Shown here: positions 25,341 through 34,578 of the stretch, piece by piece
How the letters are laid out: each line of letters begins with the position of its first letter
Numbering within the stretch: position 1 is the first letter of the stretch
Source of the DNA: a virus
Lineage: Duplodnaviria; Caudoviricetes
Reading direction: 5' to 3' (one strand)
DNA length: 37,471 nt
IMG/VR virus record: IMGVR_UViG_3300032335_000770
Location: 1-37,471 of that record
Translations under genes and position numbers: made by a program
Notes under the pieces: generated by a model
Seen by the model: only the letters and a program-made list of their open reading frames with translations
Told to the model about the DNA's origin: nothing
Databases searched by the model: none

Positions 25341-28300
25341 TTATTGATTGTTGATTGCCGAGATGCTCAGGGAATCGCCGTTGCGAGTTGCGCCCGCGAT
25401 TGCTTGAACGTAGTAGGGTGATGATCCTGCAACTGAAAGTTGAATCTCGGTAGCGGACGGCGAGCTGGTCGTAAAAATAGAACCGAGCTGGGATACAATT
25501 GTGAGGCCGTGAGAAACGTCCCACAACACGAGTGCCTGACCTCCCACTGTTGCATCCCGAATCCAGCACAATCCAGAAACGCCCTCAGTGGAATTGGTCA
25601 CAATCGTCTGCGTCGAGGAGTTGACGGTTACTGTTTTGACGAGCTTTTGCGTGCCGCTATCGACGTGAAGTTTTGCTGTAGGGCTGGCAGTTCCAATGCC
25701 GACGAGTCCGGTGGAGGTGACGCGAGCGCGCTCGGTTCCGCTTGCCAAAACTATCAAATCCTTGCACGAGATTTGCAGGTCGGCAAACGCTGCCCCGGTG
25801 TTGTAGTAACTCGCGATAGTGTGAGTTACTGCGCCGACGCTCGTGCTATTGAAACGAAACTCACCTGCGCCGCTTCCGTTGTAGCTTATCAATCCGTTTC
25901 CACTCAGAGAGGTAAACGCACCAGAACCGGGAGTGCTACCAATCGCGCCGGGGTTGGCAAACGTCGCGCCGTTTAGAGAGCTGGCGTTGAGGTTGGCGAC
26001 ATTGGTGGTGCTTGAGACGACAAGCGGCGCGGTGCCGGTGGCCACGGTGCTTGTAAATTGGGTCGTTACGCTGACGCCTCCAGTGATGGCCGCGCCTGTT
26101 GAGCTAATCGTTCCAATCGTCGAACCGTTGCTTTTAAGCAAAACTGAAGACCCGCTTAGATTAAGAACGCCAAAGGTCGCGCCGCCCGTGTTGTAACTCG
26201 TCAAACTGGAACTAACATTTCCCGTCGACGCATCGGTCCCGATGGCAATCGCGCTTCCCGTGCCGCCGCCGTAGGTCGTAGTGCTGGCAGAGAGCGCGGA
26301 GCCACTTCCGACACTTGTTGAAAGTGCACCTGTGAAAGTGCCGGATGTTCCGGAAATCGCGCCTGTTGCGGAAAGAAGACCCGTGATCGCGAGACCGGTT
26401 GAGCTAACCGTTCCGATCGTGCTGCCGCCAGATTGAAGACGAAGCGATGACCCATTGATCGTGACCTGCTGAAAGCTGGTGCCGCCAGCGCCGTAGGCTG
26501 TAATCGTTGACCCGACCGTCCCAGTGTTTGCATCGGGCGCAATTTCCAAAGCGCTCCCCGCTCCTCCGCCGTAGGTTGTGGTTCTAAGTTTCAAGCCACT
26601 TGTGCCGCCCGTGGAAATCAACCCGCCTGTCAACGAGAGCACGCCCGTTGTGTTGAGACTAAAAATCGAGGAGCCAAACGCGCTAGCGGCGTAGCGGCGG
26701 AGATTAAAAGCGCCGGCCGTGTCGGCATAGATGCCCCAGCCCGAACCGGCATCGTTGGATTGGGCGATCAAGATCGCCTCCTCATCCACTACCGGACGGA
26801 TGTTGAGCGTTCGCGTAAGCGATGGGAAACGGCCGAGAGCCAACTCCGCGAATGTCGGCGCATCGGTTGGGCGCAGATTTTGGGTGATGTAAACCGTCTC
26901 GCCCGCGAGCGCAAAGTTTGGCGTAAAACCATTAACCGTGAACGTGCTGCCGGCGTAAATTGCGTTTGCGAGCGCGACGTTGCCGGCCGCGCTTGGGTGC
27001 AGATTGTCGCCCGAATTGTAGGCAGGCAGAAAGGTGTAGGCGACGCCGGGGTCGAGGAGCGCGGTGTAAGTGTCGACGCGGTAGTCAATGCCAGTCGCTG
27101 TCGCCAAAATCCACGCGTTGACTTCCTCCAAGATCGCTTGCGTGCCTGCGTTCCAAGTCGCATAGGGTTTAAACGGAAGAATCGTGCAAGCGACAACCTT
27201 TGACCCAGCGGCCTGCGTTGCCGTGTAAATCGACTGGAGATTTGTCTTAATCGTCGCGGCCGTGAATCCCAGATTGATGTCGTTGATGCCGCCAAGAACG
27301 ATGACGTATTCTGCGTCTGCGCGAGCAAGACACTCGTTTTGCAACCGGGCAAGCATCATGGCGGTCGTGTCGCCACCGACGCCGTTGTTGTTCACCTGCC
27401 AAGCCGAGCCCAGCAACGTTTGAAGTCGCGTCTGATATGGAGGCAAACTGACGCCCGCCGTGATTGAATCGCCGAGCGTGTAAATCTGATGCTTCTGAAC
27501 GACCGTCCCGTTTTGGGTGGCGAGCGTTCCGAGTCCAAGATTTGTCCGCGCCGTTGATGCGCTCGCGAGGTCAGAAAGATTGCTGGCAATCTTGAGATTC
27601 ATGCCAGCCGTGAATGAAGCTGCGGTGCCGGTGATATTTGTTCCAACGAGCGCTGTCGGCGTGCCGAGCGCCGGAGCAATCATGGTCTTGTTGCTCAGCG
27701 TGTCCGTAGTCGCACGTCCGACCAGAGTGTCCGTCGCGTCGGGCAACGTGACCACGCGGCCGGCCGTCGAAACGGCGTCAATCAGCGTCACCGCGCTTGC
27801 GGCGCTGGACGAACTGCGAAAGCGGATGCCTTTGTTGAAATCCGTGCCGTCGCTGATTGTGAAAAGCCCGCTGCCCTTCGGCTGCAAATGCACGCCGATG
27901 TTCGCGCTCGCGCCCTCGGCGAGAACGTGGAGCGGGTTGCCGACGCCGGTCCCGTTCTTGATTTCCACGTAATCCGTCGCGCTTGCTACGCCGGTCAGTC
28001 GCACGACGTCGTTTCCGCCGCCGACGATTCCCACCGTGTCCGCTGCCGGGCGATACATGCCGGTGTTCGTGTCGCTGACGAAGAAGAGGGATGGCGCCGC
28101 TTCGGTTCCATCGGTGAGCTCGATCTGTCCCTCATTGCCAATAATCGTGATGTCAGTTGAAGTCTGGTTAATCGTGATGTTTGCTCCCGCGACTAGATTC
28201 TTTGGGACGTAGTTCGGCCCGACACTTCCAAGAATTTGTCCGTCGCTTGGCGCTGGAATCAGGTCAATAATTGACGCAACGCTCGGCCCGCCGCCGCCGT

Positions 28301-28916
28301 GTCCGCGTGCTGCGCTCAGCGTCCAGTTCGTCGCGTTCCGGCCCGGCCGCTCGCGGTTGTCGTTGATGTTCGACACGAACGAATCGCCGTTGAACGTCAC
28401 GAGGTCCAACTTTTGATAGGTATCGTTCGGCGTCCACTTGCCGCGAGGGTTCAGCCCGCGAGGTTCGGCGAATTCTTTCCGCAGTTGCTCGATCTCGCCC
28501 GCACGTGGAAAGCGCGAGAGTTCATCGGTGACGATGCTTTTAACTGCGTTCGGCAAAGCCGACGCCGCCTCAGCAATGCGAGCCTCGGCCTTTTCGAGCA
28601 GCGTTGCGTTTTGCTCGCGCTCAGCCATAAGCACCGAGTAACGCGCCGCCGTCGTGACTTCTAAAGCCTTGCCGAGTTCGTCTAGCTTTGCGGTCAGCGC
28701 TGCGCTGGATTGCGCGTGCGCGTCCTGTGCGCGAGCGATCACGAGCTGCTCCAGCTCGCTGCGAATCGCCGGCTCGATCTCTTCGAGGTTGCGCTCGATC
28801 TCCGACGAGAGGTGGTCACGTAACTGCGGCAGAGAATCGACGAGCTTCTTCAGCTCGGCGCGCTGGATAATTGCCAACTCAACAAGGTTATCGATTTCGG
28901 TCTGGGTGTGGATCAT
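25341..28916 (-). CDS. large virion fibre with SGNH/GDSL esterase domain
   Basis: N-terminal coiled coil; RGKW..Y..LDLVTFNG module; GDSIT/GINDI/DNLHP SGNH blocks; Gly/Thr/Ser-rich fibre repeats; VGIGTASP. Confidence 0.8.
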   Translation of the reverse strand: MIHTQTEIDNLVELAIIQRAELKKLVDSLPQLRDHLSSEIERNLEEIEPAIRSELEQLVIARAQDAHAQSSAALTAKLDELGKALEVTTAARYSVLMAEREQNATLLEKAEARIAEAASALPNAVKSIVTDELSRFPRAGEIEQLRKEFAEPRGLNPRGKWTPNDTYQKLDLVTFNGDSFVSNINDNRERPGRNATNWTLSAARGHGGGGPSVASIIDLIPAPSDGQILGSVGPNYVPKNLVAGANITINQTSTDITIIGNEGQIELTDGTEAAPSLFFVSDTNTGMYRPAADTVGIVGGGNDVVRLTGVASATDYVEIKNGTGVGNPLHVLAEGASANIGVHLQPKGSGLFTISDGTDFNKGIRFRSSSSAASAVTLIDAVSTAGRVVTLPDATDTLVGRATTDTLSNKTMIAPALGTPTALVGTNITGTAASFTAGMNLKIASNLSDLASASTARTNLGLGTLATQNGTVVQKHQIYTLGDSITAGVSLPPYQTRLQTLLGSAWQVNNNGVGGDTTAMMLARLQNECLARADAEYVIVLGGINDINLGFTAATIKTNLQSIYTATQAAGSKVVACTILPFKPYATWNAGTQAILEEVNAWILATATGIDYRVDTYTALLDPGVAYTFLPAYNSGDNLHPSAAGNVALANAIYAGSTFTVNGFTPNFALAGETVYITQNLRPTDAPTFAELALGRFPSLTRTLNIRPVVDEEAILIAQSNDAGSGWGIYADTAGAFNLRRYAASAFGSSIFSLNTTGVLSLTGGLISTGGTSGLKLRTTTYGGGAGSALEIAPDANTGTVGSTITAYGAGGTSFQQVTINGSSLRLQSGGSTIGTVSSTGLAITGLLSATGAISGTSGTFTGALSTSVGSGSALSASTTTYGGGTGSAIAIGTDASTGNVSSSLTSYNTGGATFGVLNLSGSSVLLKSNGSTIGTISSTGAAITGGVSVTTQFTSTVATGTAPLVVSSTTNVANLNASSLNGATFANPGAIGSTPGSGAFTSLSGNGLISYNGSGAGEFRFNSTSVGAVTHTIASYYNTGAAFADLQISCKDLIVLASGTERARVTSTGLVGIGTASPTAKLHVDSGTQKLVKTVTVNSSTQTIVTNSTEGVSGLCWIRDATVGGQALVLWDVSHGLTIVSQLGSIFTTSSPSATEIQLSVAGSSPYYVQAIAGATRNGDSLSISAINNQ

Positions 28917-28921
28917 GGGAA

Positions 28922-31090
28922 TTATTTTTTGCGCTTCGGTTTGCTCAGCTCGATGATGCTTTGGTCACCGGTGACGCTCTGCTTCGTCTCTTGAATCGTG
29001 TTCATTTGCTTCGTCCGGTATTTTTGCACCGCGTCCAGCCAGTCCTCTGCTGCGAGTGGCGTGTTGCGCGCAAACTGATGCTGCACTTCTGCGGCCGCGA
29101 CCGAGAGGTCTTTTTTCTCCGCCTGCTTGTTCAGCCGCTCAACGATTGCCGTGGCCCACGCATACCCAGCGTCTCCCCCCCAGCCCATCCACGCCTGCCA
29201 TCCCTTCCCTTGCTCGTCCCACGTCTCGCCCTGCTTGTCCACTTCGTGCCGGTCGAAAAATGCTTTCATCCGGCGAACAGTGTCCTCGGACATCGGCCTC
29301 TTGTTGATGAGGTCGCGCGCCCGAGCAATGCCCACGCTCGTCATGCCGCGCTGTGACATCGGCTTCTTCTCGCGGATCTCAAGTGCGCGCCGTGCGTTGT
29401 CCGCCATCGCATCGGTCGGAATGTAGGAGCCGTCTGCGAAGTTGATCGTGACGAGGTTTGAGTCGTTCTGGATCTGCTCGACCGGCTCGATTGCGGCCGG
29501 TGCCGCCGCGACGCTCGCCGCCTGCGCCTCGGCTGCGCTTGCGCCCACCGCGTCGCCGGCTGCGGCTGCGGCTGCTGGCGTGCCCGGGAGTGAGGTCGTC
29601 GTAAGGCGAATCGCCGTCTCCGGCACGCCGTATTTAACCGCTAGTTCCTTGACGAAACCGGCCTCGATTGCGATCTGCTCCAGCCGCGAAAAAGCGTCGG
29701 TGCCTTCCTCGGCCGCGATCTCTTGCAGCGACTTTGCGCCTTGCCGGTTTTCGTTCATGTTCGCCGCCGACTCGCGGCCGACGTCGATTGAGAGCTTGGC
29801 CGGAAAGCGCCATTCGCCCTTCGTGGCCCGGCGCAACGCTTGAACCATTGTCTCGCCCGCGAGAAGCGGAGGCGGCGGAATCTCGCCGCGTGCGATGGCG
29901 TCAAGAATCACGGCGTCTTTGATCGGGTCGAGAACCTTGTCCACCAGCACGCCTTGCTGCCGCGTGAAGACTCGGTCAGCTGCGGCGAACTCTGCCCGAA
30001 CACTTGGGCCTTTGAAGTCGCTGGTCCCGAACAAGACTCCCTCGGGTATGCCCACCGAAAGACTTATCTCGTGCATCAAATGTTGGACGAATCCGGTAAA
30101 CGCCTGCGACGGACGCGACGGCATGACCTCGACGCGGTCGCTGTTTTGAAAATACCGAATCATGCCGACTTCGGTCAGCTCGTTTTTCTGCGTCTGTCCG
30201 CTCGGCAGCGACATCGTCGGATTAGGCTGGAAAAGGTTGCGCGGGTTCGCGACGCCTCGGTCGTTGAAGATCAGCGCCGCCTGCTGCGACGAGAAGCGCA
30301 CGCCGGCCTTTTCGGCCTGCAAGATTTCGTGCAGCATCCGCGCCGTCTGAATCCCGCTCGCCAGATCCGAGACGCCCCGATACATATCAGACCGATTTGG
30401 ATCGAAATAATGACAGAACTGATTCGCCGGAATGTCCTCGGCTCCGAAATAAACGCCTTCACGCGTGACTCGGAAAATCCGATAAGCGACCGGCTGGCCG
30501 AAGTCGTTCGTGATAATTCCTTGGAAGTAATTGTTCGATGCGACGGCCGTCTCGTTCGGGTTGCCGATGCGTGTTGCCGGCACCAGTTGCAGCTTGAGTC
30601 CCTCGCCGCTGCGTCGAATCACGAAACCACAGTCGCCGTCAATCGGTCGTTCCTCGGCCGCGAGCTGCACGAGCTTTTTGAAGCTGTGCCGGTTCGTCAC
30701 GTCGCAGTTTTTGCACCACGCGTGGAAATAGTCGTCAATCACGCGGTTGTAATCGCGATCGCCGGTCGTCGGTGAGTATTCGTGCGGCGTCAGGTAGAGA
30801 CCAAATTTGCGCGAGACTTCACGAATCTCCGGCGCGTTGTCCACGAGGTCCCGAGCTTCATACATGAGCACCACTCGGTCCCGCTGATTCTGCGAACTTT
30901 CGGCTGGCTGCGTGTATTGCTTCGGCGAATACATCCGATTTGTCCGCGCCGCGTTATACTCGAAAAGCGACTTCGCGACGCGTGCCTCCAAACGCTTGAG
31001 CGCCCATGTCGGCGCGATGTTTTCCAGCGCCCGGTCAATCCAAGGTTTTTGCGCGACCAGTTTTGACGCGTCGAAGAAATCGGTGCTCAT
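28922..31090 (-). CDS. portal protein (lambda family) with C-terminal extension
   Basis: ARDLVDN, DGDC, GQPVAY, RGVSDLA motifs; extra domain containing WMGWGGDAG. Confidence 0.85.
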   Translation of the reverse strand: MSTDFFDASKLVAQKPWIDRALENIAPTWALKRLEARVAKSLFEYNAARTNRMYSPKQYTQPAESSQNQRDRVVLMYEARDLVDNAPEIREVSRKFGLYLTPHEYSPTTGDRDYNRVIDDYFHAWCKNCDVTNRHSFKKLVQLAAEERPIDGDCGFVIRRSGEGLKLQLVPATRIGNPNETAVASNNYFQGIITNDFGQPVAYRIFRVTREGVYFGAEDIPANQFCHYFDPNRSDMYRGVSDLASGIQTARMLHEILQAEKAGVRFSSQQAALIFNDRGVANPRNLFQPNPTMSLPSGQTQKNELTEVGMIRYFQNSDRVEVMPSRPSQAFTGFVQHLMHEISLSVGIPEGVLFGTSDFKGPSVRAEFAAADRVFTRQQGVLVDKVLDPIKDAVILDAIARGEIPPPPLLAGETMVQALRRATKGEWRFPAKLSIDVGRESAANMNENRQGAKSLQEIAAEEGTDAFSRLEQIAIEAGFVKELAVKYGVPETAIRLTTTSLPGTPAAAAAAGDAVGASAAEAQAASVAAAPAAIEPVEQIQNDSNLVTINFADGSYIPTDAMADNARRALEIREKKPMSQRGMTSVGIARARDLINKRPMSEDTVRRMKAFFDRHEVDKQGETWDEQGKGWQAWMGWGGDAGYAWATAIVERLNKQAEKKDLSVAAAEVQHQFARNTPLAAEDWLDAVQKYRTKQMNTIQETKQSVTGDQSIIELSKPKRKK

Positions 31091-31094
31091 GTGA

Positions 31095-31331
31095 TTAGTT
31101 GCCGGTGAAGCTGACGAATGTCTGATCCGTTGACGCTCCGGCCGCGTCGGTCAATGCGTCCTGCAAGTTGCCAAGCATGTTGTTGAGCGCGTTCAGGTCC
31201 GCCCGGCTCACGCTTTTCCCGTTGAGGCTGTAACTCTGGTTGAGCAGCACCGCCTGAATCGCGTCAATCGTCTTGGTCTTGAGCGCGGTAAGCGTCGCGG
31301 TGTCCAGTCCGAGAAATGGGTTGTCGAGCAT
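31095..31331 (-). CDS. head completion protein (gpW-like)
   Basis: QSYSLNGKSVSRADL; lies between terL and portal. Confidence 0.75.
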   Translation of the reverse strand: MLDNPFLGLDTATLTALKTKTIDAIQAVLLNQSYSLNGKSVSRADLNALNNMLGNLQDALTDAAGASTDQTFVSFTGN

Positions 31332-31352
31332 ACCACTGCTCGAAACGTCAAA
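31332..31352 (-). promoter_or_regulatory. TTTGACG-N14-ATG motif heading the portal operon
   Basis: TTTGACG tttcgagcag tggt ATG. Confidence 0.55.
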
Positions 31353-31358
31353 CCGGCC

Positions 31359-33149
31359 TTATTCCTTCGGCGCTGCGTAGCGAATCACGTTCGCAATCGT
31401 GGCCATGCAAAGCAGCATCGCCGAGGTGTCCAGCCCGTGATTCGGCGCGTTGCTTTTCACTTCTTTCCACTCCCAGACGCCGGTCCGAATCTCAACCTTT
31501 GACTCGCCCTTGAGGTGTTCGAGGTAGAGCGGGTTTACGTCCTTCGGGAGAAGCCATTTCAAATCGCCCTTGGCTTCCAGCGCGTTCGCGAGGAGGTCTT
31601 TGAAATAGTCGCCGCTCCAGTCGTAATAAAACACGTCTCCGCCCCGGTAGTCGCTCACTCGTGGCTCCGAGAACGGGAAGTTGATCAGCTTGTCGGTCGC
31701 CTCGTCGCGCATCGTCCAAGTCTTGCGAGCGTAACCGCGCATCCCTCGCCAGCCAAAGTCCGCGCAATCCCGGTCCACGTCGGCCGGGCGGTAGCCGCGA
31801 TCTTGGGCAACGCATGAGTCCTGCACCTTGTAGCGGTGCTGAATCTGTCGCAGTTGGTCCCGCGTCTCGACGCGCCCGAAATAGAGCTGCCGGTAAGTCG
31901 GACCGGTCGCCGAGCTGAAAGCGCCGATCTCGACCCACCAATGGTCCTGCTGCCGGTCGATTGCCATGAAGCGAATCACCTCGCCGTCGATTGCCTCGCC
32001 GTTGGAGAACTGCGCGACGCTGTAGTCGCTCGCCTGCACGAACAAATTGACCACCTTCTTCTCGACAATCCACGGCCTCGCCTCGCGCTTGGTCTTGAAT
32101 TCGATCTTCATCTTGTCGTCACCCTGACGCACGAAATGATTGTCCGCCTCGCAGAACTCTTCGACGAGCAGCCGCATCGGACGGCTCACCAGCGACTCGA
32201 CGCGGAAGCTCTGAATCTCGTCCGGCGCATCCTTGTTCAGCGGCACGAACCGCCCGGCCCGCTTCCAGCCGGTCCGCGTCGTGTCCGTGTCCGGCGACTC
32301 GTGGCCGCAATGCGGGCAACGGAATCGGCACGACTCGACCGCCCGCGCCACGTCCCACGTTTCGTCATCGCGCCTCGCCGCAACATCCCAGACCACGCCG
32401 CCGCGAAGCCCGGTCTCTTCGTTCTTGTCCAGCGCGAACGCGAGCGGGTGCACCTTGTGGCACGCCGGACACTCGGTGCTCCATTCTTGCTGGGTGCCCT
32501 GGCGGAAGCTCGTGTCCTCCACGTTGCCGGTTTCGAGGTCCATTATCGGCGCCTGTGACGTGTTGTAAATCTTCGAGCGCCCGACTTCCTCGAAGCGTGA
32601 GACGCGGGCGACGGCGTGACCATAGACCTCTTGCCACTTCGGTAGCCAAATCTCGTCGTTGATCTTGTAGCGGATGGACTGCGATTGCTGGCTGGAAAGG
32701 TTGGCCGGGTTGAGCAGAAAAAAGAATCCGCCGAAATAGATTTCCGTCGTCGTCCGGTGCGGCCCGACTCGCGGAAGCATCGCCGCCACCGGCTTGCAGC
32801 TCTCGAAGATCGGGTTGAGCCGAGACTTCGCGTGCCGGTCGATCATCTCGTCGGTCTGCATCGTCCACGAAATCGGTCCGGCGTCGTTGCAAATCAGCCA
32901 CGGCACCCAGATGTCAGCGACGAGCGTGCCGCCGATCTGCACGGCCTTGCGGAAATGCACGCGGCGCACCAGCGGATTTTGGAGCGCATCGAAGATCGGA
33001 ATCAGCCACGGCGAAATCTTGACGTTGAAGGGACCGGGCGTGGCGTAGCTTTCCGGTAGAATGATGTGCTTCCGCGCCCACTCGTAAATCGGCGAGCGGT
33101 CGGGCTGCGGCAGGCGCAGCGTAGCGCATAGGATGTCGGAGGCGGTCAC
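31359..33149 (-). CDS. terL: terminase large subunit (GpA-like)
   Basis: KAVQIGGT, INDE, CPAC/CPHCG zinc motifs, AIDRQ, DRGY and NHGLD nuclease motifs. Confidence 0.9.
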   Translation of the reverse strand: MTASDILCATLRLPQPDRSPIYEWARKHIILPESYATPGPFNVKISPWLIPIFDALQNPLVRRVHFRKAVQIGGTLVADIWVPWLICNDAGPISWTMQTDEMIDRHAKSRLNPIFESCKPVAAMLPRVGPHRTTTEIYFGGFFFLLNPANLSSQQSQSIRYKINDEIWLPKWQEVYGHAVARVSRFEEVGRSKIYNTSQAPIMDLETGNVEDTSFRQGTQQEWSTECPACHKVHPLAFALDKNEETGLRGGVVWDVAARRDDETWDVARAVESCRFRCPHCGHESPDTDTTRTGWKRAGRFVPLNKDAPDEIQSFRVESLVSRPMRLLVEEFCEADNHFVRQGDDKMKIEFKTKREARPWIVEKKVVNLFVQASDYSVAQFSNGEAIDGEVIRFMAIDRQQDHWWVEIGAFSSATGPTYRQLYFGRVETRDQLRQIQHRYKVQDSCVAQDRGYRPADVDRDCADFGWRGMRGYARKTWTMRDEATDKLINFPFSEPRVSDYRGGDVFYYDWSGDYFKDLLANALEAKGDLKWLLPKDVNPLYLEHLKGESKVEIRTGVWEWKEVKSNAPNHGLDTSAMLLCMATIANVIRYAAPKE

Positions 33150-33427
33150 AAATCAGATGCCGGCTCGTAAATCGCGAACTCGCACATCCCCCCGTCCGTT
33201 GCCCCTCCGATTACGCGGCAATCCCAGATTCCAACCAAACTGCCTCCGCGAGAAACGCAAACGCCTTTTGAGTCTCGCCGGCTCAGATGATAAAACTCCA
33301 CGAGTTGCAGCGCTGAATTGTCGCGCTCCATTGTCGCGATTAATTCACCGCCTCTGTCGGCGATTGCATTGTAGTGCACGATGTCCCGAACCTTTCGTTT
33401 CGTCTGTTTTTTCGTTGTTGTTTTCAT
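33146..33427 (-). CDS. hypothetical protein
   Basis: 93 aa; GTGA overlap with terL. Confidence 0.55.
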   Translation of the reverse strand: MKTTTKKQTKRKVRDIVHYNAIADRGGELIATMERDNSALQLVEFYHLSRRDSKGVCVSRGGSLVGIWDCRVIGGATDGGMCEFAIYEPASDL

Positions 33428-33450
33428 GGTGTTAAATTTCTTCAGCGATA

Positions 33451-33571
33451 AGTGCGTCGGAGGCGGTCACCAGATCAGGTGGAGCGCCCACGTTGAAAAC
33501 GCCTCGCCCTGACTCATGCCGCGAGCCTTGCACCAAGCGCGAAACCGCGCCGCGACTTGCGGACGCACGCG
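33451..33571. repeat. 121-bp direct repeat (other copy at 35301-35421)
   Basis: About 9 mismatches by hand. Covers the 3' half of the RHH-like gene and the first terL-like codons. Confidence 0.9.
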
Positions 33572-33670
33572 GCGTCGCACGGTGTCGGGATCTCGCTGGC
33601 GGCTTTCTAGCGTGCGCCGGCCGATGCCGGCCTGCGCGCAGGCGTCGTCAATGGCTTGGTCCGTCAGCAT
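33467..33670 (-). CDS. chimeric small gene (HTH gene 5' half + RHH-like gene 3' half)
   Basis: MLTDQ...DTVRRR from 34030-34248 joined in frame to VRPQVAARF...WALHLI from 35317-35499. Confidence 0.65.
   Translation of the reverse strand: MLTDQAIDDACAQAGIGRRTLESRQRDPDTVRRRVRPQVAARFRAWCKARGMSQGEAFSTWALHLIW
33568..33670. repeat. 103-bp direct repeat (other copy at 34146-34248)
   Basis: 4 mismatches by hand. Confidence 0.9.
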
Positions 33671-33678
33671 GGTTCGGC

Positions 33679-33891
33679 TCAAAGAGACATTGGTGTGTTC
33701 CACGCGTCGCCGTAGACCTCGCGGTCGTAGCGTTCTGCGGGAGTTTCCTCGTCGTCGCTATGATACGCCTTGAGGTAGGCGCGCGCGGTTTCGTTGCTCA
33801 CCGGTCCGTCGCCTTCGGCGCGCGCCAGTTTGTGCGCCTCGGCCTGCTCGGCGTTGTGCGCGTAGGGTTTTCCGTCCGGGTCAGTTGTCAT
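33679..33891 (-). CDS. hypothetical acidic protein
   Basis: MTTDPDGKPY...WNTPMSL. Confidence 0.5.
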   Translation of the reverse strand: MTTDPDGKPYAHNAEQAEAHKLARAEGDGPVSNETARAYLKAYHSDDEETPAERYDREVYGDAWNTPMSL

Positions 33892-34033
33892 GGTAGTTGA
33901 GAGTTTTCCCGCAGGTTGTGCAGCGCCACGCGCCGTCACGGCATACGCCGCCGCAGAGTCCGGCGACGCATCCCAGACGCCGAACCCAGCGCCCGAGCCA
34001 AGCGGCACACGAACGGTAAATTTTAAATTTCAT
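33881..34033 (-). CDS. 50-aa Cys-rich protein (not in ORF track)
   Basis: MKFKIYRSC...GCVAGLCGGVCRDGAWRCTTCGKTLNYHDN; ATGA overlap with the upstream gene. Confidence 0.5.
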   Translation of the reverse strand: MKFKIYRSCAAWLGRWVRRLGCVAGLCGGVCRDGAWRCTTCGKTLNYHDN

Positions 34034-34248
34034 GCTAGATGATTTCGGAGCAGGTTCTTGATCTGCCTGGGCGTGCGGTGCAGCGCGAGGCCGATCTCCC
34101 GCTGCGTCCAGCCGTGCGCGTTGGCGAGCAACCAGGCCACGATCTCGCGGCGTCGCACCGTGTCGGGATCTCGCTGGCGGCTTTCCAGCGTGCGCCGGCC
34201 GATGCCGGCCTGCGCGCAGGCGTCGTCAATGGCCTGGTCGGTCAGCAT
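34030..34248 (-). CDS. small HTH protein (DnaA C-terminal-like)
   Basis: R..DTVRRREIVAWLL..GWTQREIGLALHRT. Confidence 0.65.
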   Translation of the reverse strand: MLTDQAIDDACAQAGIGRRTLESRQRDPDTVRRREIVAWLLANAHGWTQREIGLALHRTPRQIKNLLRNHLA

Positions 34249-34286
34249 TTTTTGTGATAGGCAGAAAACTTTCGGCCTAGTGACTG

Positions 34287-34565
34287 TTAGGCCAAGACTT
34301 CGTAAGTCGCGCCCGTGGTGAGTTCGTCGGCGATACTTTCCATCACGACGCGCGCGAAATGTTTCTGCGCGCCGGGCTCCGCTGGGAATGTCTCCTCGCC
34401 GTGCCATTTTAGTTGGCTCGCCAGTTTCGCGTCGCGCTCGGCGAGTTTGATCGTTTCCGCGAGCAGTTCGGACGCGAGCACGCTGCACGCGGTCAGTTGT
34501 TCAGAAGCGCCTGCTGCCTCGATGGCGTAGCAGAGTGCGCGAGCTTTTTCGGTGGTGGTTTTCAT
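34287..34565 (-). CDS. cassette 1 hypothetical protein
   Basis: 92 aa; its TAA stop lies inside the core site (GCC TAA C). Confidence 0.7.
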   Translation of the reverse strand: MKTTTEKARALCYAIEAAGASEQLTACSVLASELLAETIKLAERDAKLASQLKWHGEETFPAEPGAQKHFARVVMESIADELTTGATYEVLA

Positions 34566-34578
34566 AGGTAAAAAGAGG

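Noticed and set aside
13162-30775. Long plus-strand ORFs (e.g. 13162-14241, 20333-21175, 29840-30775)
   Set aside because: Antisense shadows of GC-rich minus-strand genes with no recognisable motifs.
34258-34281. taggc...gccta inverted repeat resembling the one at 3888-3905
   Set aside because: Only a 5-bp stem with a different loop; probably coincidental.
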